From: a virus
Taxonomy: Duplodnaviria > Caudoviricetes
Length of the DNA stretch: 64,000 nt
Direction: 5' to 3' (one strand)
IMG/VR virus record: IMGVR_UViG_3300037467_000583
Location: 25,342 to 89,341 of that record
This document shows, one piece after another, positions 31,648 through 43,360 of this stretch (within the stretch, counting starts at the first letter, position 1; each line of letters opens with the position of its first letter). The notes beneath the pieces are model-generated. The model had not been told where the DNA came from and ran no database searches. It saw only the letters and a program-made list of their open reading frames with translations. The position numbers were made by a program, and so were the translations under genes.

Positions 31648-32413
31648 TCACTGAGCATAGATAACGTCCCGCCAAGACGATAACAACAACCCTCGTTGTG
31701 CATTTGCCTCTCCGAAGAGAGGCTTTTTCTTTTGTGCTCAATTTTCTCTTGACAGCTAAGATTCTTATCTCTACACTTATTCTGTCTTAACAAACATAAG
31801 AAGGAAACAAAATGAACATTCCAGATTTCATCGAACAACTTGTTGAAGCTGACATCGAAGTAGTGTTGCGCAAAGGTGGGAAGTTTTACATCAAAGGTTT
31901 TTACAAAAGCAGCGGCATCACTGTGCAATGGGATTCTGTTTGTTGGGTTGCTACTGCTCGATATAACGAAGTGTCACAAATCGATAATATGCACGACCTT
32001 GTTTGTCTAAACTATTCTTGGTGGCAACGGTCTAAAGATCGATTTGACGGATGGTCACAACCGGAATCTGCATGGGTTCCTTTACTGCTTAAATTTGGAT
32101 ACATCAAAGAGAAAACCATTCCTGCACAAACTGTTTACGAGTGAGAATAACATGACCAAACTTACCGACGACGATATTCGACAAATCATTGCTGCTCGCT
32201 TTGCAGATACCTTCTGCCTACCTGATGATATTGCATTTGCTCGTGCTATTGAAGATGCTGTGTTGGAACGTGCTGCACTAGCTGCTGAGAAGGTTCAGGA
32301 CAACTACAACGAAATGCAGGGCGGTAAATGGCCTGAGCTTCGTGATGATGCAGCAACAGGTGCAGGTGATTGCGCATCGGCCATCCGTGCAATGAAGAAT
32401 CAAGGAGAATGAT

Positions 32414-33175
32414 ATGACAGACATTGACAAGCTTAACATGGCAATTATGAATATTCCGTACACAGGAATTAGTGAAGCGTGGACAAAAGACGAGACGCTT
32501 ACATACAAACTAGGACATCGTGACGCACGCCACGCTGCTGTTGACATCGTGCTTGAGCATTTTAAGGATGTTCAGCAAGCCGCGCCCGAAGCACCTGCCG
32601 GAGAGGTCAAACTTGGCCCTTACGGCAAACTGATCGATTGGAGTTCGAACGGACCTGACTTGTTCGATCTTCCCGTAGGAACGAAGCTGTATTTTGCACC
32701 GACCGCACAGCAGGCTGGAGCGGCTGAACTGGTTCATCAGATGCGCCACAAGGCAGGCGGCACTTGGACCGACTGCGATGCTGACGGCGAAACGTGCATC
32801 AAGCGCATGCCCCATTGGGCAGACGCCTACGAGTTCCGCACGTTGCAAGTCATCAGCCCTGCGGCCTCCACGGCAAGCGCGAGCAGGGAACTTATCGAAG
32901 CAGCGGACAAGCAGCCATTCGGCACGGTCGATCCTCGTGCCGCATGTCGGGCTGGACTCCGCGCCGCCCTCGCCAATTCTGGCGCATCCCATGCATCGAA
33001 TGCTGGCGAGGATACCGAGCGGGATGCAGCGCGCTATCGCTGGTTGCGCACTCAGCCGTTCGACACCTGGAAGCGCATCGCTTGGAACACGTGGAATGAC
33101 GACCCCGAAGTATTCCCTATTCGTGATGAAGAAATCGACGCAGCAATCGCCGCCAGCGCGAAGGAGAAGAAATGA
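32414..33175 (+). CDS. Mosaic hypothetical protein of temperate-phage type
   Basis: DAARYRWLR...IDAAIAA motif; becomes visibly GC-rich after ~32570. Confidence 0.7.
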   Translation: MTDIDKLNMAIMNIPYTGISEAWTKDETLTYKLGHRDARHAAVDIVLEHFKDVQQAAPEAPAGEVKLGPYGKLIDWSSNGPDLFDLPVGTKLYFAPTAQQAGAAELVHQMRHKAGGTWTDCDADGETCIKRMPHWADAYEFRTLQVISPAASTASASRELIEAADKQPFGTVDPRAACRAGLRAALANSGASHASNAGEDTERDAARYRWLRTQPFDTWKRIAWNTWNDDPEVFPIRDEEIDAAIAASAKEKK

Positions 33176-33771
33176 GCAACGAACTGAACATGGAAGCCGA
33201 GCGCGCGGCGTTTGAAGCGTGGTATGGCGAGAACTATACGTCCTACATGCCGCGTATGCTCGACGGTGAGTATAAAGGCGAGTACGCCAACAACGATACA
33301 CAATCGCTGTGGTCCGCGTGGCTTGCCGGACGCCGCACAGTAGACACGTCAGTGGATACAACCGCTCCTGTCTCCGCCCCTATCGTGGAAGAACTGCCGC
33401 CGATGGATCAAAATCGCCTCGTAGAACTTTGGGACAGCACAGAGGACGGCGGATTAATAGGCCGTCAGCTTCGTTTCGCGGAGGCGATCAGGCGCGACGC
33501 CATCGCCACGTATGCCGAGCGTATCCGCCAGCTTGAGCGCGAACTGAAACACGCGAAGCTTCAAGAGCTTGTCGACATCGCGCAGGAATGCGACATGGGC
33601 TATGGCAAACCGGCAGAACGGAAGACGGCGAGTATCGGCGACGATCCGAAGTTCCAAGAGTTATTGGAGGAGTACGATGATGCCGCATCTCATACTGCGA
33701 TTTTGCACTCGTTGAACGCCCTCATCACCTACATCGACAATTTCAAAATAGCTAAGTTTCCACTTGACTAA
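33172..33771 (+). CDS. Hypothetical protein of temperate-phage type
   Basis: ERAAFEAW...LWSAWLAGR motif; GC-rich codon usage. Confidence 0.7.
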   Translation: MSNELNMEAERAAFEAWYGENYTSYMPRMLDGEYKGEYANNDTQSLWSAWLAGRRTVDTSVDTTAPVSAPIVEELPPMDQNRLVELWDSTEDGGLIGRQLRFAEAIRRDAIATYAERIRQLERELKHAKLQELVDIAQECDMGYGKPAERKTASIGDDPKFQELLEEYDDAASHTAILHSLNALITYIDNFKIAKFPLD

Positions 33772-35127
33772 CAGCCATTTCCACTCTACCATGTGCATAT
33801 AAACAAACAAGGAGAGCGGGATGGCTGAACTATCTAGGGATGAAATCACAATAATGGGGGCTACCGAGTCAGAGTTGTACGCCTACATTAAGACACATTC
33901 ACTTGGTAAAGAATGGCCTGTTAAGATTTATCACGATGGCACAGTGTTTGAGTTCGACACCACATACGACTTACCATCGCAAATGAAAACATTCATTCAA
34001 GCTGCTCGTTACCTACTTATCATGCCATGAATGAGTTATCAATTTTGTACGTTATTATTTTGATGGTTGTGTGCTTCCTTGCAGGTTTCTTCTTAGGTAT
34101 AATCTATTGCGAGAACGATGTGAACGAGCGTCATAGATTGTGGCGAGATTATTTGAAGGAAAGGAAGTGTGATGAGAAATGCAATTGGCACCACTAACAA
34201 GGAGGAGCCTTTTAAGCGGGAGGAGATTATAACCCTATTCGACGAAGAATACGTTGTGCTTAAAAACTATGGCACAAGGGGCCGTGTTAGGCTACTCAAT
34301 ACGCACATGAGTATTGATCCCTTCTATTGGAGCTTTCAAGGTATGGAAGCCCGACGAGTGAAAAGGAATGCAGCATGAATAAGGAGAATGTTGTGGATAA
34401 TACAATTGTGACAGTAAAGCATTTTGCATACACACTTGCAACGCTGTTCGTTTACTCGTTTGGCTTGCTACTTTTGAATCAGGCGCAAGAGCTAAACAAT
34501 CTGGCAAAGGTGCTGTCTCTTGCAATTATTACCTTCGCAGGGTATTTGTCTTACGAGCTAATCACTACGAAAGATTATAAGCTATCGCCAATGCTTGTTG
34601 GGCTAGGCACTGTAGTGACACTCATCGGTCTTATGTGCCTTTACTATTAGGAGAATGACGTGAAGAAAACTTTTATTGCAATCGGAATTGGGTTTGTCTG
34701 CTTCCTTGCGTTTGCGGATTTTGCGCAATACGAACACCATTTGAAAGAAAAGCGGGAGGCCATTTTGGCGGGAAGGGAATAATGGTTTTGGAATTGAAAA
34801 GACGAATAGATGGAAAAATTGGGTGCCGAGCGGGGATGTAACACCCCTTGGGAAACACGAGGCCCACTCTACATTTTCGGAAATTCTTATTAGCTCGCCT
34901 TGTGCGGGCTTTTTCTTTTTGTAGGAAACACATTTTGGAAATGTAAGGGCGCGATTTTATAGATGCTTATCTTGATAAGGAATGCTGTCACAACAATTAG
35001 CTTGATAGCGGATATTCTAGGGCTGCATGGTGTGCTGCATTCGTATGTAGAAGAGTCTAGGGACAATTAGCAAAATAGGCGAATTTCGTCTGAGTATGCT
35101 TATTACCCCTAGTTGTGCTTGTACAGG

Positions 35128-36108
35128 TTAAATTTTTGAGGTATAGTCTTCTACATACGCCACGACGTCATCATAGAGCCAGTAATGTGTAGCCTCAGTC
35201 ACGAATCCTTCAACACACTGCGGCACTATGGGGAATGAAGACTTCACAGCTTTTTCTAACTCTATGGCTTCGACACCACTCATAAGGAACGACTCTATCT
35301 CAGTGAGAGTAAAACCCTCTCGTAATAACTTTCTTCTATGAGTAGATACCCGCCTATTAATTTTTGTGGTTATGCCGTACCCGCAAAACTCTCTATCGTT
35401 GGCAACTGCCCTAAGTACGTAGAAATATCCATCTTTTGACTTATCAAAACCACCTGATGGCCGACAGAGACAGCTTACACTGCCCCTTCTCAATGCAAAG
35501 AGACGAGTTCTAAACTCCTTGCCGTCTTTACTGCAAGATGGGCAGTTGACGTACCAGACACTCATATGTTCGTCAGGATTGGTTGTCCTCCTAAAAGTAG
35601 TGCCCTCTAAAAACTTGCCAGTACTCAGCAATTCTCTATTAACCCTATCTTCATCTAATGTTAGAGTTGCTGCCATTTTCTTTTTACCGCAGGATGGGCA
35701 ATTAGCACCTTGCCATAGGTTAGATAGCCATTTGGTCCACGTTGTCCCATCTTTCTTGCAACGCAGAGATACGGTGGAATCTGCACCTTTAAACTCGCCG
35801 ACAAACTCTATAAACTCGTATCCTTTATCTGCGCAGAACCTCTTAATCAATACTTCATATTGTTCTTTGGATTTCATGTATGATCTACCGCATCCGCACG
35901 GGTATTTGTTGCCATCTATACTGTTAATCTTGGCAGTAAAAAGTCCGCATCCATAAAGTTCAGGGTCAGCTGCACAAACGTCACACTTGACAATAAACTG
36001 TGTGTCCTTCATACACTTCCTGTCCCCTATAAACAAGACCTGTAATTCTAGGTTGTTACCAAACCTCTTTCCAATCAAATCTTCTGGCTTCCTATTAACC
36101 TTACTCAC
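35128..36108 (-). CDS. Zn-finger repeat + GIY-YIG-like endonuclease (cassette copy 3)
   Basis: CDVCAADPELYG...PCGC; GGFDKSKDGYFYVL...GYGITTKINRRVSTH; antisense to neighbours. Confidence 0.8.
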   Translation of the reverse strand: MSKVNRKPEDLIGKRFGNNLELQVLFIGDRKCMKDTQFIVKCDVCAADPELYGCGLFTAKINSIDGNKYPCGCGRSYMKSKEQYEVLIKRFCADKGYEFIEFVGEFKGADSTVSLRCKKDGTTWTKWLSNLWQGANCPSCGKKKMAATLTLDEDRVNRELLSTGKFLEGTTFRRTTNPDEHMSVWYVNCPSCSKDGKEFRTRLFALRRGSVSCLCRPSGGFDKSKDGYFYVLRAVANDREFCGYGITTKINRRVSTHRRKLLREGFTLTEIESFLMSGVEAIELEKAVKSSFPIVPQCVEGFVTEATHYWLYDDVVAYVEDYTSKI

Positions 36109-36310
36109 TAAAATACTCCTCGGCGTATTCCGTCTGCAACTTAAAAATCTTAGAAAGTTTCTTTGCTTGTGCCAACTTTTTCAGCATTACGTTATCGTTT
36201 TTCTTTGTGTAGTATGTAACAAGTCGATAATACGCTTGTTCTTGGACGGTGTTAAGGCGAACGGCGATAGCATCGACGGACGCCGACTGATAGTCGAATG
36301 AACGGGACAT
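36101..36310 (-). CDS. Small partner protein of cassette 3
   Basis: SFDYQSAS...YY...MLKKLAQAKK; 8-nt overlap with the nuclease start. Confidence 0.75.
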   Translation of the reverse strand: MSRSFDYQSASVDAIAVRLNTVQEQAYYRLVTYYTKKNDNVMLKKLAQAKKLSKIFKLQTEYAEEYFSE

Positions 36311-36382
36311 TTTGATTCCTTTAGGTGGGATTATTGGACAACAGACATACAAAACGTAGCGTTGCACTACGCGATTAACATT

Positions 36383-36411
36383 ATTATACGTGTTACTGCA
36401 CAGATTGTCAA
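36383..36411 (-). promoter_or_regulatory. Consensus sigma70 promoter, cassette 3
   Basis: TTGACA-atctgtgcagtaacacg(17)-TATAAT. Confidence 0.9.
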
Positions 36412-36534
36412 TATAAAGTCAAGTTTTAAATTAGAGTAAACACTCTAGCTTTTATTGCTTTGGTTGCTTGACGGGCTGCACTAACAAACGTAAGATACAT
36501 CCATCAACAACGCAAACTTTCTAGGAGAAACAAC

Positions 36535-36762
36535 ATGACAAAGTTTAACGGCCACAAAAATTGGAACCACTGGAACGTTTCTCTGTGGATCAACAACGAT
36601 GAGGGGTTGTATCGTATGGCGCAACGTCTAAACAGTATCATGAGTAAGCAAGATGCAGCGGAAGAAATGTTACATATCCTTAAGTCGAACGGGCAAGCCA
36701 AAACCCCTGACGGTGCACCGTACAGCATCACAACGATTAAAGCAGCAATGCGGGAGATGTAA
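36535..36762 (+). CDS. Conserved-type small phage protein
   Basis: NGHKNWNHWNVSLWINNDEGLY; AGGAG SD; promoter at 36468. Confidence 0.7.
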   Translation: MTKFNGHKNWNHWNVSLWINNDEGLYRMAQRLNSIMSKQDAAEEMLHILKSNGQAKTPDGAPYSITTIKAAMREM

Positions 36763-39700
36763 TCATGGCAGAGCAAATCGGAAATCTTCTTGTATATTCG
36801 TCTAATGCGAGTCGTAAAGGGGCACAGAAAGCATCTGTAACTGTGCGTGACTTGTCCGGTGAAGTGGTTGCACGAATCTATAGCGACCGCTCGCAGCCGC
36901 TGCGATGGCTCCGTAAATGGCCCCATTGTATCGAACGTGCCGAGCTATCCGGACAGCTTAAACAAGCTGGCATCTCGCAAGCGGATATTGATGCAATTGT
37001 TTCCATGAGGGATAAATGACATGCCCACTTATGCACAATCGTACAAACCGGAACGTCTTCCTTCTGTGCTACAAATTATCGTAGTGTTGATGGCATTTCT
37101 AGCAGGCGCCGTTATTCTCGTGCTGGCGGGTATTGCTGGTGACGTTGGTTAAGGGGATGCGAACATGTTAGTTCTCAAATGGTGGTATTCGTCACAAGCT
37201 CCTGATGCACTGCCATACGAACATCAGGGAATGGATGCAGCGCAAATGGGCGTACTTTTTAGATTAAAGGCTCTGGAAAGTAATATTCGAAAGATTGAAC
37301 TTTTGTCAGATGACGTGCTTGTCATCTCTTGGATTCAGCCTGAAGAGAATGCCTAAAATTTCTCTTGACATGGGTAAGCAACATCAGCATAATAAGCACA
37401 TGGACAAACAACGGAGGGTTAAATGAAAGTTCGGATTACGCACCAAAGCGGTTTCACTAACCCGCCAGAGTGGTACGACAGTCAGTTTGGCAAAGTGTTT
37501 GACGTTCTAGAAGAAATGGGACGGGGCACGTATCGGATTGATCTGCCACATGATCTGTATATCAAGCTTGGACAATTCCAATATTACGTACCTACTAAAT
37601 TTTGTGAAGTAGTGAGCGAATAATCATGCGCCCAATAAAAACTAAATACTACCAAGGGAAACGCTATCACGATCCCGTACAAGTGAATAGTGCAAGTGAC
37701 GCGAATTGGGCTGTTGCTAAATGTGTAGCTCATATGCAAGTGAACCATTATGAAGCAACGAGTGCTGAAGTGTACGACGACAACACAGGCGAACTACACG
37801 CCATTGTGACACGAAGCATTAACGGAAGGATTCAGATTGAGTATAGGCGCGATCCTGTTAAGTTTGAAACTCGATTGGCTATTGGCGCATTGTTTGGAAA
37901 GGAAAAGAAATGAAACTCAATCATATTCAAAGTATTGCATTAGACAACTTGATTAAAGCATTACAACAAGCTACAGATCATGGCGTGTTAGATGAATTGG
38001 TGCCTTGGTGCGAAAGTCCGGACAGTATTAACGATGTGTGCGATGCCTGCGATGATTTGAAAGAGGCTCAAAAATGACCCCACAACAAGCACACGAATTG
38101 AAACTCAAGATAGCCCTTTTCTCTGAAGCAACAGCCATGCTTGCCCTCTTGAGGAACAAGGAACAAGCTGAATGGGATGTTGCACTTGCAGAGCGTGACC
38201 GCACACGAAATGCTTTGTATAAATTTATTGACGAAATAACGGGGGAATGATGTTTAAAAAGAAAACATACACTATTGAAATTACATACTCGGATAATACC
38301 AGTACAACATATAAAGGTACGTCAAATGTAAGTTTAGACAGCGGTGTGTTGCGCTTTACAAAAGTCAATATACACTACTTTTGCAATTGGAATATGATTT
38401 ATGGATATGCCATTAAGGAGGAATAAATGAATTATCATAAAGATGTTGTGTTAATTGCATGTGCGCAATTCGTTCCAACTCTTGTTGAGCACGGTAAATC
38501 TGCACATGTAAATATCCCCGAACTGTTGCGACATGCTGCAATAGAAGCATTTAAGCAAATGAATCTTATACAAGGTGCACCAAGTCTTGATTGGGAAAAG
38601 GGACAAGCATGTCTCATAATACAAAAGGATTAAATGAATTATCCGAAAAAGGCTTTATTGAATTTGGCGGATGAAATGAACAAACATTCGAAGAATACAC
38701 CACAAAAACACGCAGCACTTATAAAATTATGGGCCGATGGGGCAGAAATTCAGTATAAGTACAGGTCGCAGCCTGAAGAATGGCGGGATTGCCCCCATCC
38801 GGGATGGCATGATACAGATGAATACCGAATCAAACCAAAAAAGGAATATCCGAAAAGCGACTTTACTGATGATGATTTGCAAAAAATTCTGCGTATTAAC
38901 CGTGGCATTTGTGAATCGATTACGATGGCACGTATTATTGCAGACGAAGCAATCAAACGTTACATCATGGAGAATGAAGAATGAAGCCCATTTTCACCAA
39001 CAGTATCTACGCCGTCTTTAAATCCGGCTCGCGCTACATCGTCACGCTTATTTCAAACAAAAACAAGGTGCAATACACAGGCACAAAAACGTTTGCCATT
39101 GAATGGGCAATTGAGAACGGCATTTGATATGGACATTGCTAACGATCTTGCAAATAACGCTTGACACAAGCACTCTAAGCCTATTAAGCTATGTCCACAC
39201 AGATGTTGAAAACATCAAACACTCAACAAAACGGAGAACATCATGAACACCATCAAACAATTCCTTTCCCATCTGTTTGCAAGCAAATGGTATTACAATC
39301 AAGACATGTCCATGCGTATCCACAAGGATACAGGAAATGTAGAGTATCGTTGGAGTGATGGGCGGGGCAATTGGTATGAGCAAGAGCCGATGTGGGGAGA
39401 GTGATTCTTGCAATGATGTGATAATGACGATTCAAGGCGTAGGAGATGCCCACAAGGCCACAACACAATGCGGCCTGTAGGGTGGTAGCCTAAACAACTT
39501 TGAGCACCTGATGAGGCTCTAAACGCGAGGAGACAATGATACGCAAATTCATACGCGAGCATGAGGGCGCTGTTTTTATAATCATTGCCATATTGGCATT
39601 TGTTGCATTCGTGACAATTTGTGTGATTATGTTGAATGTGTGAGGGTGATATGACAATTGAAATTGACGAGTTAATTGAAGTGTTGAAAGAGTGCATCTG

Positions 39701-42184
39701 CTACCCATATGGTGCACAGCCTTATATCGATGCACAAGAGTTTCTTTCTGCGCTATATTGTTTGAAAGCTAGGAAAGAGGAGGAAAATATCAAATGACCC
39801 CGCAAGTGTTTATCGATGGCGAATACATCGACATTGAAATTAAATTGGCAGATGACAGCGTGTTTAGTGTCACTCTTAATAAAGTGGAAGCAGTGCACTT
39901 GGCAAATAAGCTTTTAGATGGGGCGGCTATGTTGGGATTTGTTAACGTGCGGACGGAGATTAAATGACCAAATACACAGAAACAGCCCTAAAGTTAATCC
40001 TAGCTCGTTGCAGAGCCACACCAAACTATAGAGCCATGATTGCAACAGCTTCCTACAATCGTTCTACAGACGTTCTGTTTCAATTGTACGACATGTTAGA
40101 AGGGAAAGAAGAATTGGCAATCTTTGAAGGAAAGTAAACCTTTCCGAACGGCTCGCAAATATCTGTAGTGCATGGAATGCAAGGATTTAGTGTTGAGAGT
40201 GTTTGAAGGGAGAATGTATGAAATACGAAGAATTTGTGATGACTCGGGAACAAATAGCATGGGCAAAGAAATTACAAAAGCATCTTGACAGCATGCCTGA
40301 TGGAATTGAGATTTTATTTGGTGCCGGTCATGCCCATATCCATCCTGAGGGCTGGTACATGGCAGAGATTTGGGATGCCGGGGCAGATATGATGACTGCA
40401 AGCACTATGATTGATAGAGATTCGTGCTGGCTCATAACTTACGATGACAACAAGGTTAGGCCAAACTCAGAATCAGTTTAAAAGTGCTTGACGTGCTTAA
40501 GTTTATGTGAGATTATACGTTCATGGGCAGCGCAGAGGGCGAGGCCGGAATGGGAGGGGATAACATGATCTGGAAATTCACGATGTATAATGGCAGTACG
40601 TGGGAAGCACCTTGCCAAATGCTGCTTTCTAGCGCAATAGAGGCATTCATTAAGGCCACTGGTAAAACTGAGTGGGATATTAAACGTATTGACAATTTAC
40701 ACTAATCATGACCTACACCAAAACAATCACACAAGACATCGATTGGCTGAATGCCATTGACGGGCGCACTGTGAAAGAGGCTATCGAATATCTTAGCACG
40801 TTGAGCGAAACGCTCTCTCCTGAGCATGTGTTGAATTACAATCTTGAAGGGAATACGTACGGCTGTAGGGTTGAGTCAGATGTAAGCTATGAAGTGCCGA
40901 TGACGAATAAGGAGGTTTTGGAAGTGTTGGAGAGGCGTTACTTGAAAGAGATTGAGCATTATGAATTAGCTTTGCTAGCGCACACTGTAGCAAACCGTAA
41001 AGAGCGTATGGAATCGTGCGGGGCTTCCTTGTGGGACGTGAGGAAAAAGCTGGCAGAGGCTAGGGCTAAATATGGGGAGTGATGACAAATGACAACCAAA
41101 TACGACAACTTTATTGCAGAGCTTAAAGAACTTTGCAAGAAACATCAAGTGTGCATAGAGCTAGGATACGATGGGGCTAAAGTGTATGACATGCGGATGG
41201 ATGATAAACTGTCTAACACAGGGTTTTGGCAAGAGATTGTCCCTTGGGATGAGACGAGGGAGAGGTGATGAACATTTACAACGGCCCTTATATATCTGGA
41301 TTCATGAGAGTTGATAGGAATGTTATTCATCTTGAAGATGTGCTAGGGATTTATGCCGACAGGGGTACACCGCGTAAACTTGGATACTGGGTGAAAGTGA
41401 AAGCAGATAATGCAAAAGGTGTATCTAAGCTGTACATAGAAGGACTGAGCATAAAAGAACGGATATTGTTTGATGCTGCTGGCAGGTTCAATCAAACAAT
41501 TGACAGGTTATTTTGCGAAGAAGATAAATAAAAGTGCTTGCATTGCTTTGAGATGTGCGGTATAGTTCTTCTGTCGCTTCGCTAAGAAGCCATCCCAGCA
41601 CACAACACATAGGAGAACATCATGAACGTCGAACAAACCTTGGCAAACATGAAAGTAGAAGCTGATGCATTCGCGGCTGTCAATGCCGCCTATGCGAAGC
41701 ACAAGAAAAACCCTTCCGATGTTGAGTTGAAGAATGATTTTATTTTGGCACAAAATGCTTATCGTGCAATCTACGACAAGCGCATGAAAGAATACATGAA
41801 GGGTGCTGCAAAACCTTTCCGCGCTGCTAATATTCTGTCCGGCGATGAATTCGCCAAAGCTTGCGAGGAAGCGCGGAACAACTACTATGCTGGAAGTGTC
41901 TGCACTAGCAATGCTGAAGTCTTGAAGATGTATTCTCAGGTTAAAGTCTGAGTGATGATAGGGCGAAATGACTAAAGAACAAAAATACACAGTAAAGAAA
42001 ATAGAAAGTTCAACTGTGCCACATTGGGCAATTTGGATGGGCTTCAACGATGTTGTGTGCTGGGACGAAGAGACAGCCAACAAAGTGTGTGATGCGCTTA
42101 ACATGGCTGAGAAGATGAAGAAGAACGAACGCAAGATTAAAGAGTTGTATCAAGCTCTGGGTGAGTGGGTAGAGGAGTGATCAA

Positions 42185-42544
42185 ATACCCGCTTTAAGCG
42201 GGGTTTCTATTATCTTCATATCTCGGCTTCGCTCGTTGCACCAAACAAATTTAGTCTTACTCGCATGCGCTCGCGCTCAAAGGCGTAGCACACAAACAGT
42301 CTGTAAGACTTATAGCGAAGCTATGTTATCTGTTCCTCTGTGGAGGCGAAGCCGTAGCAGAGAGTAAGAAAGATAATTGTAAGAACTAAGGGCCTTAAGT
42401 TATCTTTTCTTTTATCTGTTAACTTATCTATTAGATCGGAAGAAAAGCGGGGTTTTGCACCTCTCTAATGAGGGGTTATCAACCTCTTAAAAGCGGGGTT
42501 TACACTCCTACCATGCCTCCTAATACCCGCTTAAAGCGGGGTTT
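42185..42544. repeat. Origin/operator-like non-coding region
   Basis: 22-bp direct repeats ATACCCGCTT(T/A)AAGCGGGGTTT at 42185 and 42523, each with palindrome CCCGCTT-N-AAGCGGG; AAGCGGGGTTT also at 42445 and 42491; GCGAAGC mini-hairpins; AT-rich tract 42365-42435. Confidence 0.8.
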
Positions 42545-42548
42545 TGTA

Positions 42549-42577
42549 TTTGACATACGATCTTACCTGTGCTACAA
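42549..42577 (+). promoter_or_regulatory. sigma70 promoter adjacent to the palindromic repeat
   Basis: TTGACA-N17-TACAAT. Confidence 0.85.
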
Positions 42578-42608
42578 TTGTTGTGTAGCAAATTAACTAA
42601 GGAAAATT

Positions 42609-42794
42609 ATGCAACTTAACCTTAACCCTGATGTGGCATGCTGGATAGATGCTAACAGAGGCGAACTGTCTAGGCAAAAGTTTATTCTAACACTTGTCAA
42701 GAAAATGATGTTGCAGGATACTCAATCTACTAAGGATAACAATGGAAAAAACAATCTCCCCAATGGAGCTTTCTACGCTCCTGTGCAAGAGTAA
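42609..42794 (+). CDS. Ribbon-helix-helix (CopG-like) protein
   Basis: MQLNL beta strand, helix, GELSRQKFI turn-helix; AAGGA SD. Confidence 0.6.
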   Translation: MQLNLNPDVACWIDANRGELSRQKFILTLVKKMMLQDTQSTKDNNGKNNLPNGAFYAPVQE

Positions 42795-43332
42795 GGACTC
42801 TTGTGTCAATCTGTCACTCGCAGAATTCCGCGTGCTGACATACCTACTAGCCTGCGCCAACATCAAAGATGGTGAGGGATATAAATGCTGGCCTAGCACA
42901 GAAACTATATCCGAGCATACAGGCATACATATCAAGACAATCGAAAAAGTAAGAAAGTCACTTGTTGACAGTGGGTGGATGCAGTACAAGCCCGGTAAAG
43001 GCAAGGGTAACTGTAACACGTACTACGTCAATGGTTTCAAAATTGTTGAATGCTTTATGCAGTCTGGCAATCCTCGTCCAAAGGGTGTGATTGCGGCATC
43101 AGTTAAGATTGATCCAAAGGAGCCACGAGAACGCAACACAAGCGGTTTAAAGCAGGGTAATGTAGCTCCGAAGCCATCCAAAGAGAAAACGCCATCAGCG
43201 CCCGATAAAGAGGGTTCTACAACTAATCCTGATGGTTCCCCAATGTATCACAGGAACGGAGAGCGCCGTTATACGTGGGATGATAGGATGCAATCGACAA
43301 GCTACGATGATAGCTTAGAGTGTCCATTCTAG
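42742..43332 (+). CDS. Winged-HTH replication initiator-like protein (HTH_36 type)
   Basis: LSLAEFRVLTYL...CWPSTETISEHTGIHIKTIEKVRKSLVDSGWM...NTYYV; acidic tail YDDSLECPF. Confidence 0.7.
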   Translation: MEKTISPMELSTLLCKSKDSCVNLSLAEFRVLTYLLACANIKDGEGYKCWPSTETISEHTGIHIKTIEKVRKSLVDSGWMQYKPGKGKGNCNTYYVNGFKIVECFMQSGNPRPKGVIAASVKIDPKEPRERNTSGLKQGNVAPKPSKEKTPSAPDKEGSTTNPDGSPMYHRNGERRYTWDDRMQSTSYDDSLECPF

Positions 43333-43340
43333 CAACATTC

Positions 43341-43360
43341 GCCGCCTTCGGGCGGCTTTG
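43341..43360 (+). terminator. Intrinsic terminator closing the RHH-Rep cassette
   Basis: GCCGCC-TTCG-GGCGGC-TTTG. Confidence 0.75.
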
